A DNA stretch of 64,000 nt from Octopus bimaculoides (GCF_001194135.2 NC_068999.1:47845783-47909782); one strand, 5' to 3'; positions 25,291 to 38,689 are shown, counted from the stretch's first letter. Notes: generated from the letters alone by a model not told the origin. Program-made: numbers and translations.

Positions 25291-25827
25291 AACATATATG
25301 GATGTTGTACCTACTTTTCTGCATATCAAACAAAACCATTTCCTTGAAGGTACCAGGATTCTCATCTTTATTGTCTAGAATTTTGTTTTTGCTAGGTTTG
25401 TTTTAAGATCTGCACTTAGTTGCCTCAATGACCACCAAAGGCTTTTGTTGATCCGAAGAAAGCATTTGACAGAGTACCACATTCAGCGAAAACAAAGGTT
25501 TTAGTAAGAAAGTTGAGACTGATAGAATAAGTACTAGGCTTACAAAGAATAAGTCCTGGGGTCGATTTGCTCGAATAAAGGCAGCGCTCCAGCATGGCTG
25601 CAGTCAAAATGACTGAAACAAACAAAAGAAAAAAAGAATATAAAAGAATATATTGAGTTATAAGCAGCCACGCACACACACACACACATGCATGTGTACA
25701 CATACACACACTCACAAAGGCATGGAAGAATAAATTAAATTCCATCATTAGATTTTGACTTTGGTTTTCTTTTTCTGTTTTCTTATATAAAAAAAAAAAA
25801 AAACAAAATCTATATTTCCTTGTCCAG

Positions 25828-25919
25828 CCTGAAGATGTCCAGCAGCAGATTATCAGAGAAACTTTCCATCTGGTATCCAAAAGAGATGATAACGTTTGTA
25901 ATTTCCTTGAAGGTGGCAC
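25828..25919 (+). CDS. AP3S: AP-3 complex subunit sigma, coding exon 2 (PEDVQQQIIRETFHLVSKRDDNVCNFLEGG(T))
   Basis: Recognisable sigma-3 adaptin sequence; tttccttgtccag| acceptor and |gtaagt donor; 92 nt, phase 0 to 2. Confidence 0.96.
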
Positions 25920-26220
25920 GTAAGTAGCTTTATAAAAGTTTCTTGAAATTTGTTAACATGACCGATTCAGAAGGTGTGTATAGAAGAATCATCATCAACT
26001 GCTGGACATTACAATGTCCAGTCTGTGCTGGTGCCACAAAAAAAGCACTCAGTCTACTCTGCTGGGTGGTTGGTGTTAGGAAGAGGGGATCCAGCCGTTT
26101 TACCTGTTTTATATTCAATTGGCCAGATCTGGACTCTTGTGCCTATCCTGTGATGTCATTCTAAGAATAAACAATCACATTGTGGAAATCTCCAAGCTAT
26201 GAAATAATGCAGGATTAATT

Positions 26221-26438
26221 TATGAAGGGCTGGAAAGTTCCTGGCTTTGGGTAAAAGAAAATACAGAAGGATTAGTTAATTATGATTTTATTCAACATAT
26301 TCCTCTCTCAGATTCAGACAGTTTTTGTAGCACTCCTTCAGGTTTTCAAAGCCCTGAAAAAGAACTTGGAAGGTTGGTCCTTCAACCAGGCCTTTCATGA
26401 TACCCTTAAAGCCAAGAACTTTTCAGTACCCCGTTGTA
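26221..26438. mobile_element. Tc1/mariner-type MITE in AP3S intron 2
   Basis: TA-bounded; tgaagggctggaaagttcctggcttt pairs imperfectly with aaagccaagaacttttcagtacccc. A partial related copy lies at about 33365-33500. Confidence 0.55.
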
Positions 26439-26696
26439 AGACAATGAGAATAATTAAGATTTGATGGAGTAATAAAGAAATCAATGATGAAAAGTCAAAT
26501 ATCTCTTATACACAAATGATGTTTTTTTCCAGAAATTTATTGCCCATTGTTAGGTTCAAGTATTAAAGATAAAAGCATATTGTGTACAAATACTGTATTA
26601 TAGGTAATTTTGCTTTGTAATTGTTGTAATGTGGCAATCGATATAGAAACACACTTGAAACTTGTATTTTAAACACTATGCAACTCTATATTTTAG

Positions 26697-26808
26697 GCTG
26701 ATAGGTGGTGCAGATTTCAAACTGATATATCGGCACTATGCGACTTTATACTTTGTGTTTTGTGTTGATTCGTCAGAAAGTGAGCTTGGTATTTTGGATC
26801 TAATTCAG
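26697..26808 (+). CDS. AP3S: AP3S coding exon 3 (LIGGADFKLIYRHYATLYFVFCVDSSESELGILDLIQ)
   Basis: Hallmark KLIYRHYATLYFVFCVDSSESELGILDLIQ motif; ttttag| acceptor and |gtgagt donor; 112 nt, phase 2 to 0. Confidence 0.97.
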
Positions 26809-27182
26809 GTGAGTAAAATATACTTTTGGTTTGATGTGAATTTTTGATCAGCATAGAAAGATACTCATTCAGATAAAACAAAAATCATTCAAAATAAGAC
26901 GGTTGGTGTTAGGAAGGGCTTCCAGCCATAAAAACCCTGCCAAAACAGACAGTGAAGCTTATTAAATACTATTATTATTACTTACATAAATTCATAGTAT
27001 ATGTGTTCTTTGATTTAGGTAAATAATTTTGGCCTCAATAATCCTATTACTTCACCAATTATTAATGTCCAACATATAAAATTTATGTTTAAAAGTCTTG
27101 CAACATGAACAATCAATATTTCTATTGTTATTGTTTCAATCTTAAAGATATTTTGCATATAGCTTTTTTTTTTGTCTTTTAG

Positions 27183-27254
27183 GTATTTGTTGAAACTCTG
27201 GACAAGTGTTTTGAAAATGTCTGTGAGTTAGATTTAATTTTTCATGTTGATAAG
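27183..27254 (+). CDS. AP3S: AP3S coding exon 4 (VFVETLDKCFENVCELDLIFHVDK)
   Basis: Sigma-adaptin motif VETLDKCFENVCELDLIF; long T tract plus AG acceptor, |gtaagt donor; 72 nt. Confidence 0.97.
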
Positions 27255-27905
27255 GTAAGTTCTTTATTATTTTCGTTGCAAGACACTTGTTTCTGTCCCT
27301 CTGTTATACCCTAACCTCTCCTCCTTGCCTGGCACAAAGCTAACTCCCTTAATACTACTTCCCACTTAGCTAAGGGTCTTGTTTTGCAAGTTACTTGGTG
27401 ACCTCACTGGTGCTGGTGCCACATACAAAGCACCTAGTGCACTTTATAAGGTGATTTGCATTAGGAAGGGCATCCGGCAGTAGAAACCGTGCCAAAGCTG
27501 CCAGTAGGGGCTTGGTGCAGTCTTCCATGAGAGTGTAGATTTAATAATTGCTTTCTTTTAGTACAAGCTACATACATCTAACTTATTGATATGCAACTTT
27601 TTTCATTATTATATAGAGATCTCAAACAGAACAACTTTATGAGCTTGGTAAAAAATAAATTAAAGTATGACAATATAGTAATTGACAAGAATTGTGAAAG
27701 TTATTCTTAAAAAAATTGAATGAATCAGTCTTAGTTTATTTTTAACAAGAACTGATCAAAATTACTTTTGAGCAGGTTTTTAAAAAAAAATTTTTTTTTT
27801 GTTTTTTGCTTTAGAAGAATGTTGATAGTTATTTATGAAGAAATATGAATATACAAAAAAATGTTGAAACATTATTGATAACATGTAACTTTGTGTTTGT
27901 CTTAG

Positions 27906-28013
27906 GTCCATTATATTCTTTCTGAGTTAGTCATGGGTGGAATGGTACTGGAAACTAACATGTCTGAAATTCTCACTAGAATTGATGAACAAAACAAGCT
28001 GGAAAAAACTGAG
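27906..28013 (+). CDS. AP3S: AP3S coding exon 5 (VHYILSELVMGGMVLETNMSEILTRIDEQNKLEKTE)
   Basis: Motif ELVMGGMVLETNM; tgtcttag| acceptor, |gtaggt donor; 108 nt. Confidence 0.96.
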
Positions 28014-29158
28014 GTAGGTTCTGTATTATATTTCTGCTAAAAGAAATATTGTGCATTTTATGTTTATAGATTTGATTTGCATGATTCTTGATGTGATCCC
28101 ATATGTTGAAACAGATTTTGCTGTATCTCAGGATTTTGAGCTGGAGTAGAGAGGGCATGTCATTGATGAGGTTGCAAATGGCAACAAAATGACTTTGACT
28201 GACCCAGCTGCTTGATTGATTAACCAAATGATTAATCAACCAATTGATTAGTTAAAAAAATAAATATTAGTGAGGAAAGCAGTATCAAATTTTGGCACAA
28301 GGCCAGCAATTTCAGAAGAGTGTGAAGTTTGGTAAGTACAAGGACAGCTGTGGCCATCACTGAAGTTAGAAGTGGTTGCCAGGCGACAGCGATATAAAGA
28401 CTGAGATTGAATATTGATAGCTCTGATAAACTGATAATTGATTGATCTTGCAATTACTGATGTCATCATCATCATCATCATCATAATTTTAATGTTCACT
28501 TTTCCATGCTTGCTTGGGTCAGAGGGAAGTTTATTGGGACAGATTTTTCTGTGGTCAGATGCCTGTATCTGTTTCCAAGCAAGATAATATTTCCCAACGA
28601 CCAGATATGTTATCACAGAATATTTGAAATGAATGACACTGCTTGTATAATAGTGACAATCATTTCACAACTATCATACAATATCAAGACAAGGAGACGC
28701 AAACATGCACATACTCACTCACACATATACATCTCTCTCTACACACACACAAACACACACACACAAACACACACACATGCATATTGTTGTGAGTGATGAA
28801 CCCCACTTGTGTTCTTTTATACACATGCCATACTTGGAACCAAACCTGGGTAGGATCTACGGTTTATATTGGATGAAACTGAAAGAAGCCCTGTCACATA
28901 TACATATGTATATATTTATGTATGTGTGCTTGTCACACCCCCCCCCATCGCCACTTGACAACTGGTGTTGGTGTGTTTACATCCCTGTAACTTCGTGGTT
29001 CAGCAAAATGGACCAATAGAATAAGTACTAGGCTTTAAAAAATTAGTCCTGGGGTCGGCTTGTTCGACTAAGGTCCTTCAAGGCAGTGCTCTAGCATGGT
29101 CACAGTGAGGTGACTGAAACCAGTAACAGAATAAAAAATATATATATATATATATATA

Positions 29159-29490
29159 CAGGAGTGGCTGTGTGGTAAGTAGCTTGCTTACCAACCACAT
29201 GGTTCCGGGTTCAGTCCCACTGCGCGGCACCTTGGGCAAGTGTCTTCTACTATAGCCTCGGGCCGACCAAAGCCTTGTGAGTGGATTTGGTAGATGGAAA
29301 CTGAAAGAAGCCCGTTGTATATATGTATGTGTGTTTGGGTGTCTGTGTTTGTCCCCCCCCCCACCATCGCTTGACAACCGATGCTGGTGTGTTTACGTCC
29401 CCGTAACTTAGCAGTTTGGCAAAAAGGGACCAATAGAATAAGTACTAGGCTTATAAAGAATAAGTCTTGGGGTCAATTAGCTTGACTAAA
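29159..29490 (+). mobile_element. SINE family A (tRNA-like head, CORE-like ggcaccttgggcaagtgtc), near full length, in AP3S intron 5
   Basis: Near-identical to 56672-56895 (+) and 9698-9854 (-); A-box-like TGGCTGTGTGG and B-box-like GGTTCAGTCCC. Confidence 0.8.
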
Positions 29491-30793
29491 GAGAGGGAGA
29501 GAGAGAAAGAAAAAGAGTCTTGTTATGTGTGGGTGGAACACACAGGTCAGGGGGCGAGCAGATAGCAATGTTACAGTGAAACAGGATCAGAGAGTGGGAG
29601 CTAAGCATAGTGCCTGAAGTGGAAATGTGAGGAAGAGAAAAGATGTAAAGATGTAGTTTGGTTTGTTGTGGTAGGGTGTGTGAGTTTTCTTGTTATGTGT
29701 AGGTGGGACACACACTCACACATAATGGGCTTCTTTCAGTTTCCCCTCTGCCAAATCCACTCACAAGGCTTTGGTTGGCCTGAACCTATAGTAGAACACT
29801 TGCCCAAAGTACCACACAGTGGGACTGCACCTGTAATTATCTGGTTGGGAAGCGAACTTCATACCACACAACCATGCCTGCATCTATGGTACTATGATTA
29901 ATTAAGTGTAACACAATATGTCGATAGTTGTAAAACCATAGTTACCAATGCCAGGCTCACTCTACACTACATTTCCACATCTATTTTACACTCCAGAGTT
30001 TTCTCCCTTCTATTTCTTGAACAGAATTAATGGTTAAAGCTAATTATTTCTTTTTTCTTTCTCTTTACTATAGATGTAATTTTAACTAATTAATGTATGT
30101 TAGTTTTTCTCTTCACGATCCATTGTTTGTTGAATTGCTCCCACTTGTTGTTGATAGAAGTGGATGGTCATGTAAAAGCCTTATATTTGGTTTTGTAATT
30201 ATAGTTGTTTGGCAATTGAAATAACTACGTGATTATTCTCCTTGCACTGATGAGGATTAATTACACAGTAAACATTACTGCAATACTAGCATTTACCTCT
30301 TTTTTTTTTTTTTTTTTTTCGGCTATTTTTACCAATTATGATTTGTAGACCAATTAAAATTTTGCAAAACCAGTATTCATGTTGAATATTTTGCATTTTA
30401 CTGACCCTTAGAAGTTGTATTTTCATTATGAGCATCAATCAAATTTGTGAAATGAATAATGAAGAATTTAATGACCTGGTGTTGTAAAACAAATCTTTCA
30501 TAAAACTGTATGGCCTAGACTATAGTAGATACTGGCAAGAGTTGAACACCACTTCTTCTTATTGTCTTCTGTGTACCCAATGCTTTCAAGTCTAACTCAA
30601 CTGTCTATTCTTAGGTTTCCATGGTCTACCTCTAGTATGGGTATCTTTTACTATCAACTTATTCTTCTTATCCATTCACCTTCCCTATTTCATCTTCAGT
30701 CCATCTTATGCCTAGATTGATCTCCACTCTATTCATTTCTCTACAGGTGATTCATACCCCCTGCTTTCTAAGTCTTTCTGTTTTATTTTCCAG

Positions 30794-30913
30794 GCTGGCA
30801 TTGCTGCTGCCCCTGCTCGAGCTGTATCAGCTGTCAAAGAAATGAACATTCCACAGAAAATTAAGGATATCAAACTCCCAGATTTACCATCTATTGGGAA
30901 TCTGAAATTTTAA
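30794..30913 (+). CDS. AP3S: AP3S terminal coding exon 6 (AGIAAAPARAVSAVKEMNIPQKIKDIKLPDLPSIGNLKF*)
   Basis: APARAVSAVK.MN.P motif typical of the AP3S C-terminus; ttttattttccag| acceptor; TAA at 30911-30913. The five exons total 504 nt (167 aa plus stop). Confidence 0.93.
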   Translation, partial: AGIAAAPARAVSAVKEMNIPQKIKDIKLPDLPSIGNLKF

Positions 30914-31990
30914 AACGAGCCATCGGAATTAGGATGGCCTGTAATTTGAGGCATATCCATACATTTTTTTGACTGCAGTATTAGTAAGCTTGATAAAATA
31001 ATGCATAACTAAACTTTCCTGATAGTTTGAATTACCACTCCGTGTGTGCGTGTGCATGCGTGCGTGTGTGCATTGTACTTGTGTGTGTGTTTGTGCATAC
31101 ATTTTTCATTCTCTTCTTTCATAACATTTGAATTAATTCTTTTCTTTCAAAAGAAAATATTCTTGTTATCAATTGTTTTACCTATAATTTTTCCAAAAGC
31201 GAAAAGTATGAGATATTCAAAAAAAAAAAAAAAGGTAAAAGAAATATTTTTTGTATAAATAAAATAAATGTATTTTAGTTGAAAAATAGCTAATTGTGTA
31301 TAAATCCACTTCATGCAGTCAACATCTGAAAGCTTCATGTTAATATTTTTTTTTATGACATAAATAAATGATTACATGCAAAGAATTTGATGTAATTCAA
31401 TTCCAGAAGAAGAGGAAGAAAAAAAAAATGAAAATATTACCAATATTCTACAATTGTTTATTTATTTGCTTCAACACATTTACACCTTCAGTTGTTTTTT
31501 GCATTCTTCCAATATTTCCTGAAAGCCAAATTATGATCTGAATTTTCTGAGAGTATCATATTTTCTGGCATACAAATCAATGTGGTATAAAATGTAAACT
31601 AATGTAAGCATTCAGTCATCGTCACTCTCGTTCCAAATCTGCTGCATTTCACATGGAACTTTTGGTCCTCCAAAGTCACCTTGGTGTATAAGTTAACCTG
31701 GTTTTGACTGTAAATTTTGGTCTGAAGAATTCAACTTGTATGCTGGAAAATACAGCATATTTCTTTCGACATATACAACCTATGTCTGCTTAGAAAAGCA
31801 AACATTGAAATGTTAGAATTACATGATAATTATTAAAGTGTTTCCTTAAAAAATTTTCCATAAGTGTATTGTATTTCTAAATATAGTGTGTGTGTATGTG
31901 TATACACACATACACATGCACTTTTTATTCTGCATTTCAATTTCCTACTTAAGTTTCATTTAGCCATTAACATTTGGATTAATTAATAAA
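30914..31990 (+). terminator. Probable AP3S 3' UTR with candidate AATAAA polyadenylation signals (near 31263, 31364, 31985)
   Basis: AATAAA hexamers in the AT-rich sequence after the stop; the site actually used cannot be determined. Confidence 0.35.
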
Positions 31991-34900
31991 GAATTAAGAT
32001 GTGTCGGTAATAGAAAAATACATTTTCCTATGCTTAACCATTCTAGTATTGCATTGTGTACAGCCTGGACAAAAACACATATTGCAAGTGGAAATAGCTT
32101 TCACTGGCAACTTTATTAAAGCAAATATTTTTGTGAATTTTTTCATTCTGTTGTTGTTAAGTGTAATAACCTGCAAGGAATTTGACTAAAGTTGCATACG
32201 GCAGTAAAAGGGTCAAACTGAGTTGGGTGGGTTGGGGAACATAGATGGTGGGGGACACAATGAGAAACTAAAAAAGTGAACTCTAGTGAAATATAAATCC
32301 AAATCTTTGTAAAGGTATTGGATTATTAAATCAATTCTGTTAATTGGACCCTCAAATTGTTTAGCTGTGAAGATATGTCCTCAGTTTAAATATAAAAAAA
32401 ATACACTCATTTGTCTACGCCTAGCTTAATTGTTCATTTATTGAGATTAAAACTCGTTAAGAGTAGGAGTGCAGTTTATTTTAAATGGTAACCTTACATT
32501 GCCATAGACCTGTTGCCAGGACACCACAATCTGATAATTTTAATTACATAATTTATCATTAGGCTGCAGTGTTTATTTAATATATATTCCAGCTTCTGTC
32601 AAAAGCCTTTATGAGGTCATATGCAAACTAGAACTGTGGGTGACCTTATGATGGTGAATGACCAATGGGTCAGCTATATTTTCAAAGTTTGAGTTGCAAA
32701 TATAGAGATTATTTATTTTACAGAATTCCATTTCTTGTGACTTGGCTACAAACTGTATGTCAACTAGGTGCTTGGCTTGGTGTTTACTGATATTAAAGAT
32801 TGGAATTATGAACTAATATCACCAATTTGCTAACCATAACGTGTGTTGAAGTCAGTTACAAAAATAAATATGTTTTAACTTATTCAGGTCAACTTACAAG
32901 TTTCATCAGCTTAATTGTTCTCATAATAGGGCATATTAACATTGCACAGACACAAAGGACTACGACAGCTCCATTTATTTACATGACTCCTTGAACACGA
33001 ACATCTATGTGGTTTATATTTTATAACTTGGCTGTATGTCTTTCAGTTTTGCTGTAATAAGAGAAGACAAGTGTGTCATCAACCTTAAGTAATAACTTAC
33101 TCGGAGTTTTAAGCTTTATTAAATTGAATAGTTTTTCTTCGGTAGTATTAGTGTGGAATCACAAGTAAAACCTCTCCACACAAACTTAAATCTTTCCCTG
33201 CTGTCTTTCAGTGACAAAAATCTTTTTAATTATTGCTCCATAAAACACCAATTCCATGATACTTTTTATCACAATCATTCATACTGCATTATCCAAAAGA
33301 GGGGTTCTCAACCAGGGTCCATATGACCCTTGGGGTTGGGGTCCATATCAGATTTTGTTGTCATATATTTGAGAAGGTGCAGAAAAGTTCCTGGTTTTTA
33401 GGAATTGTGAAAAGCCTGATTGGAGGCCCAACCTTCCGAGTTCTTTTACAAAAACTGAAGGACAGCTGCAAAAAGTATGAGAATCTGAGAGGGGAATATA
33501 TACATCGATGCCAGTGCTCAACTGGTACTTATTTTATTGACCATGAAAGGATGAAAGGCAAAATTGACTTCAGTGGAATTTGAACTCAGAATTTAGCGAC
33601 AGGTGAAATGACACTAAGCATTTTGCCTGGAGTATTACTGATTCTAAATTTTTTGGTGCATGACTTATAGCCCCTTTAATGCTTCTTTCACTTCAATCAC
33701 AGAGAGATGTATCAAATTAAATACCATTGTGGCTCCGATGATGTTATCAGCACATGAACCCAGTGATTGGTCTCTCCTGATGTACCCATGAGATCGGTGC
33801 AAGTAAGATGGTCCTTAATAGAGCCTTCCAGGCAGATAAAACTGCTAAATCTGTTTTTAACCAAGAAACCACAGGGCAGTTATTCTCATGGAAGTTAAAA
33901 CCAAAACCGGTTTTCAAAAATTTTTAGAATGTCCAGAAAAATCACTATATACCTGTCAAAGTATGTTCAGTGGTACATTTTCACACCTGTAAAATATTTG
34001 TATCAACAAAAATTAAGCTGTTACAGTGTTGCTTTTCACATGAAATTTTTTATCATATCTACTACATTTTTGTCATGAACATCACAGCAGGTCCATGAGA
34101 ATTGTCCAGTAAAACCATTTTTGAAAGCATTTTTGAAATTCCAAGGTCAATCTAAATAAATACAATGAGACTTTTTAAGCTGCTCTGAAGAAACTCAGAG
34201 GAATTGGTACTTAATAGTTACAGGTGCAAAGGCGGTGAGCTAATAGAATGGTGAGCATACCAGGCAAAATGCTTAGCTGCATTTCGTTCATCTTTACGTT
34301 CTGAGTTCAAATTTCACCAAGGTCTACTTTACCCTCCATCCTTTTTGGGGTTGATAAAATAAGTAGCAGTTGAGAACTGGGGTTGATGTAATCGACTTAG
34401 CCCCTCCCCACAGGTTCCTAGCCTTGCACCAAAATTTGAAACCAATATTTTCAGGTGTAAAAAGTTGATCTTGAGTGATGCCACGTACGTCGCACCTTTT
34501 TGGAATCTCTTCAAACATTCAATATAAATTCCAGATAAAACAATTTTGCCAGGGTAGTTAAACTTTGCTGTGAAAAATTACCACCATCCAGTTGCACTGC
34601 CAATAGAAATTCCCATGACTCTATATCACCACCCAATTCATATTCAGCTGGTCAGAGGGATTGCAGTTTATTTCATCACAATTCTGCTTGATATAGGTCT
34701 TGGCTTGTTGTCCTTTGGTAGCTCTTCCTTATGTAGGTTCTCACAGAAACAATTCGCTAGCAATTTTGTCTTTAGCCCTCCAGCAATGTCCTTTAAATCT
34801 TGCTCTATGCTCTTTAATGAAAGCTGATATTGGACGTCAATGAAAAATTCTTATAAATATTCAAGATTTACAACTTAGATCTTTCATAATTTGTGTCTGA

Positions 34901-35109
34901 CTATCATTTAACATCACCTGAGAATGGCCCCACTTTTCAAATTATGTGGATTAGTCGGGAATACTTTCCTCCTCCCCCTCTCTTTCTCCACCTCCCTCTA
35001 TAGTTCTCTTCCCTCATCAGAGTCAGAAGTTCTTTTCTGAGGATCACCAGTCCTCAGTCAAACTGTCCAACCCATGCCAGCATGAAAAGCAGACGTTAAA
35101 CGACGACAA

Positions 35110-35147
<38 letters not shown>

Positions 35148-38100
35148 TCAGTAACAAAACACATTTGTACTCCAGTAGTTATATAATAATTAGTCTAAGA
35201 AAAATAGTTTTTAGCAAAATGTTCAATAAATATTCTTATAGTTTATTAATTATTTGCTCATGTAATACATACGTACACACACCCACCCACACACACACGC
35301 ACGCATGCACACATACACACAAACACACATGCACTCATGCACACAGACATACAAGGTGACAGACAGACTCCCACACGCCCACACATGAAATCTACATATA
35401 TATTATCAATTATTTTTTTATGTAGGTTAAAGCTAAACTCACAACTCCAGTATCAAATAAGTCAGGCATTACCTACTGCTTGCAGGAATTACAAATATGT
35501 TTCACAAAACAATTAACCCATATCAGAAACATGAACAACTGAAATGCTTTATCACAATATTTCTTTTTCACTCTCTTTTACATATGAATATAGTCATAGA
35601 ATATAACAATGACTTTTTTTTTTCTCACATATGCACAAAACTGTAATATCTATCCGTTTAGCTATTAGTTTGTCTCCTTATGTAACTGTCTTGTCTGTGT
35701 GTCTCTCTGTATGCCTGCCTGCCTGCCTATCTACCTACCTACCTACCTACCTACCTACCCATTTCCCTCCCTCCTTCTCTCCCGAGCTATACCTACTTAT
35801 CTACCTACCTACCTACCTCCCCATCTATCTATCTATCTATCTATCTGTCTGTCTGTCTATTTACCTGTCAGTCTGTCTGTCTGTCTGTTCATCTCTGTGT
35901 CTATCTATCTATCTGGTCATCTCTTCGTTTGTCCCCCATCACCACTTGACAACTGGTGTTGGTGTGTTTATGTCTTTGTAACTTAGCAGTTTGGCAAAAG
36001 AGAACTGATAGAATAAGTACCAAGTTTAAAAACTAATAAGCACTGGGTTTGATTTGTTCAGCAAAAATTCTTGAAGGTGGTGTCCCAGCATGGCCACAGT
36101 CTAATGACTGAAACAAGTGAAAGATAAAATGTCTATATATATAGTTGTGTTAGGGGTAAGTGGGGACAGAGTAGAAGAAGGGTTGTTGGGTAGATTGTGT
36201 ACAGAGAAGCCCTGGCTATCCCATGTTATGCTGGTGGACATAGGCAGAAGGTGTGAGAGGAAAGGGACATGGGATGGAGACGGAGAGAGATGAATGTGAT
36301 GTGCATCTGGAATGACTAGGGAGAGTAGTTATTGCAGGTTAAGTGAGGGAGGGATGAGAGAAGTTGTGAGGGAAAAGAGACGTAGATGGTAAGGGAGAAG
36401 TGGCTAAATGCTGTAAGAAATAGGCTGGAGAGGACCATAGAGGTTGGACAGACCAGAGAATGAATGCAGTAAAAGCATCTCAAGAGAAAGGGAGGCAGTA
36501 GGAGGAGCATTGGTGTGATACAACAAAAGTACCCAGGTTGCAAAAAATTTTTTCCCACGAGAGTTCTGGACCCCAGTTATGAACTCATTTGCATACAGCC
36601 AATCAGAGATCAACTATCAAACTAATTTATGAGCTCATAACAAGTGATGGGCAATAAGATAAGGTCCTAAGTTTGCACTCCCTAAGCAAATTTTGATCCT
36701 GGGCCACTGGTTACATACGATGTTAGATAGTATTGTGAGCTCTGGAGATGCCTTCAGCCATTTGGGCAATCTCCTCAGTCTTTTGTATTTTCTTAGAAAA
36801 GCTCAATAGTTTTTACTTTATCTGGAAAATGGGAATATTGTGTAAAAGCAAGAAAGTGTATCTGATGTGAGCACAGCTCGTTTTTCATTCACAAAAACAA
36901 CTTATATACAAAATCTAGTGTCTAAGTTGCCAGGTCACCGTCAAATTTGACAAATGAGCTATCATCATCATCATCCAAATACACACACACACACACACAA
37001 CACCCACATGCATACACCCTCACCCCCCACACATATGTATGTATGTATGTTTTCATGTATATATGTATCATACATTATATCATATTATAGTATATAATGT
37101 ATGTAGAGTAAGTGGGAGGTATATCTGAAACAACCACACCTAGAAAACCTATTTGTATAAAGATGGTGCCCACAAAATATTTCTTAATTTTAAATTACAG
37201 GATTATTTAGTTAGTAGTAATAAACACATATTTTCAGCCACAAGTATGTGGGTGTATATGCTCCAATACCTAATATTACCTATAAACACATGCCATAAAC
37301 TACTTCTCCCAATTCATGAAGACTACAAAAAAAAAGAAAAAATTTAACCATAGAAACATTGAGCTGTTCTTTGTACCTTCTTTCTTTCTTTATTTATTTC
37401 TTTCTTTCTTTCGTTCTTTCTTTCCTTCTTTCTTTCTTTTGTTCTTTCAAATGTTTGTATTTTATTTTGGCTTATCTATTTGTATGAAGGCTATTGTGTA
37501 CCTTCCTTAGTCTGTTCTGGTCTGGTTTAAAGATGATTAATTAGAGAGCTATGTTCTTAATTGACAGAACAGAAAGAATAAGAACATTAAAGATCAGTAG
37601 AGCTTTGCTGAAAAGTGACCTACTATAAGCAATGCCAGAGAGAGAATTCTGCAAACAGGTGACTGAAGGTGTTCATCTGTAGATGACTTGGTAGGTAGGT
37701 AGAAACGAGCACCATCATCCTCATCTTTGTCATTGTCATCATTATCATTATCATTATTATTTTTGTTGTCATCATCATTTAATCTCCACTATGCTGGCAT
37801 GTGTTGGATGGTTTGACAGGAGCTGAGGAGCCAGAAGACTGTGTGAAGCTTTTCTATCTGTTTTGACATGGTTTCTATGGCTTGATGCCCTTCCTAATGC
37901 CAACCATTTAACAGAGTGTGCTGGGTGCTTCTTATGTGGCACCAGCATTGGTAAGGTCAACAAGTGACTTGCAATACAAAAACCTTCAACACAAGGTGAA
38001 GTAGTATTGAGGGAGGTGGCTTGGTGGCAGGTAATGAGAGGGTACAACATGACAGAGGGACAGAAACAGGTGTCTTGCTGTAGAAGAGATAGTTGAAATT

Positions 38101-38689
38101 TATTGAAAAACAAAAGAGGAAGACAAGTGTATGAACAACAAGTATTAGTCTGACAATGGAGAAAATGTAAAAGTTTTTTACATTTCGAGCTTATGCTCTT
38201 CAGCAGAAAGGAATAAGAGAAAATAAATAGAGAAAGGATAAAAAAAAAACTTGTGGATTTAGCGATCAAGCATGGCACCCCAGTTTTATCCTGCCTTAAA
38301 TTCCTTCTCTTTGGACTTGCATATCTTAACCACTTCCTGAACTTTCTGCACCTCTCTTCATCTACATAACAGCACCCCACCTGGATTACCACTGGATATA
38401 CTGACTCTACTTTTACAGATTTCACTGGATTTTTTCATTGATATAAAGGAGATACATGGTTACTCCAGTTGGNNNNNNNNNNGGGGGGGGGGGGAGAGAG
38501 AGAGAGAGAAGATAGTGAAGATGTGTCTGAGGTGTTGAGGTAATCAGAACAAATGGCAGGATTATTACAGATTATTACTGAATAGTGCAAGGATAATTAA
38601 GCTTAGACTAGTCTTGGAGGATGATTGGACAGTGGAGTTTATTCCCACACATACTCCATTATCTAGGCAAGAAACTGAACGGAAAGACT

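Noticed and set aside
37775-38425. 216-aa minus-strand ORF
   Set aside because: Spans a SINE C copy and probable decayed LINE sequence; no coherent domain.
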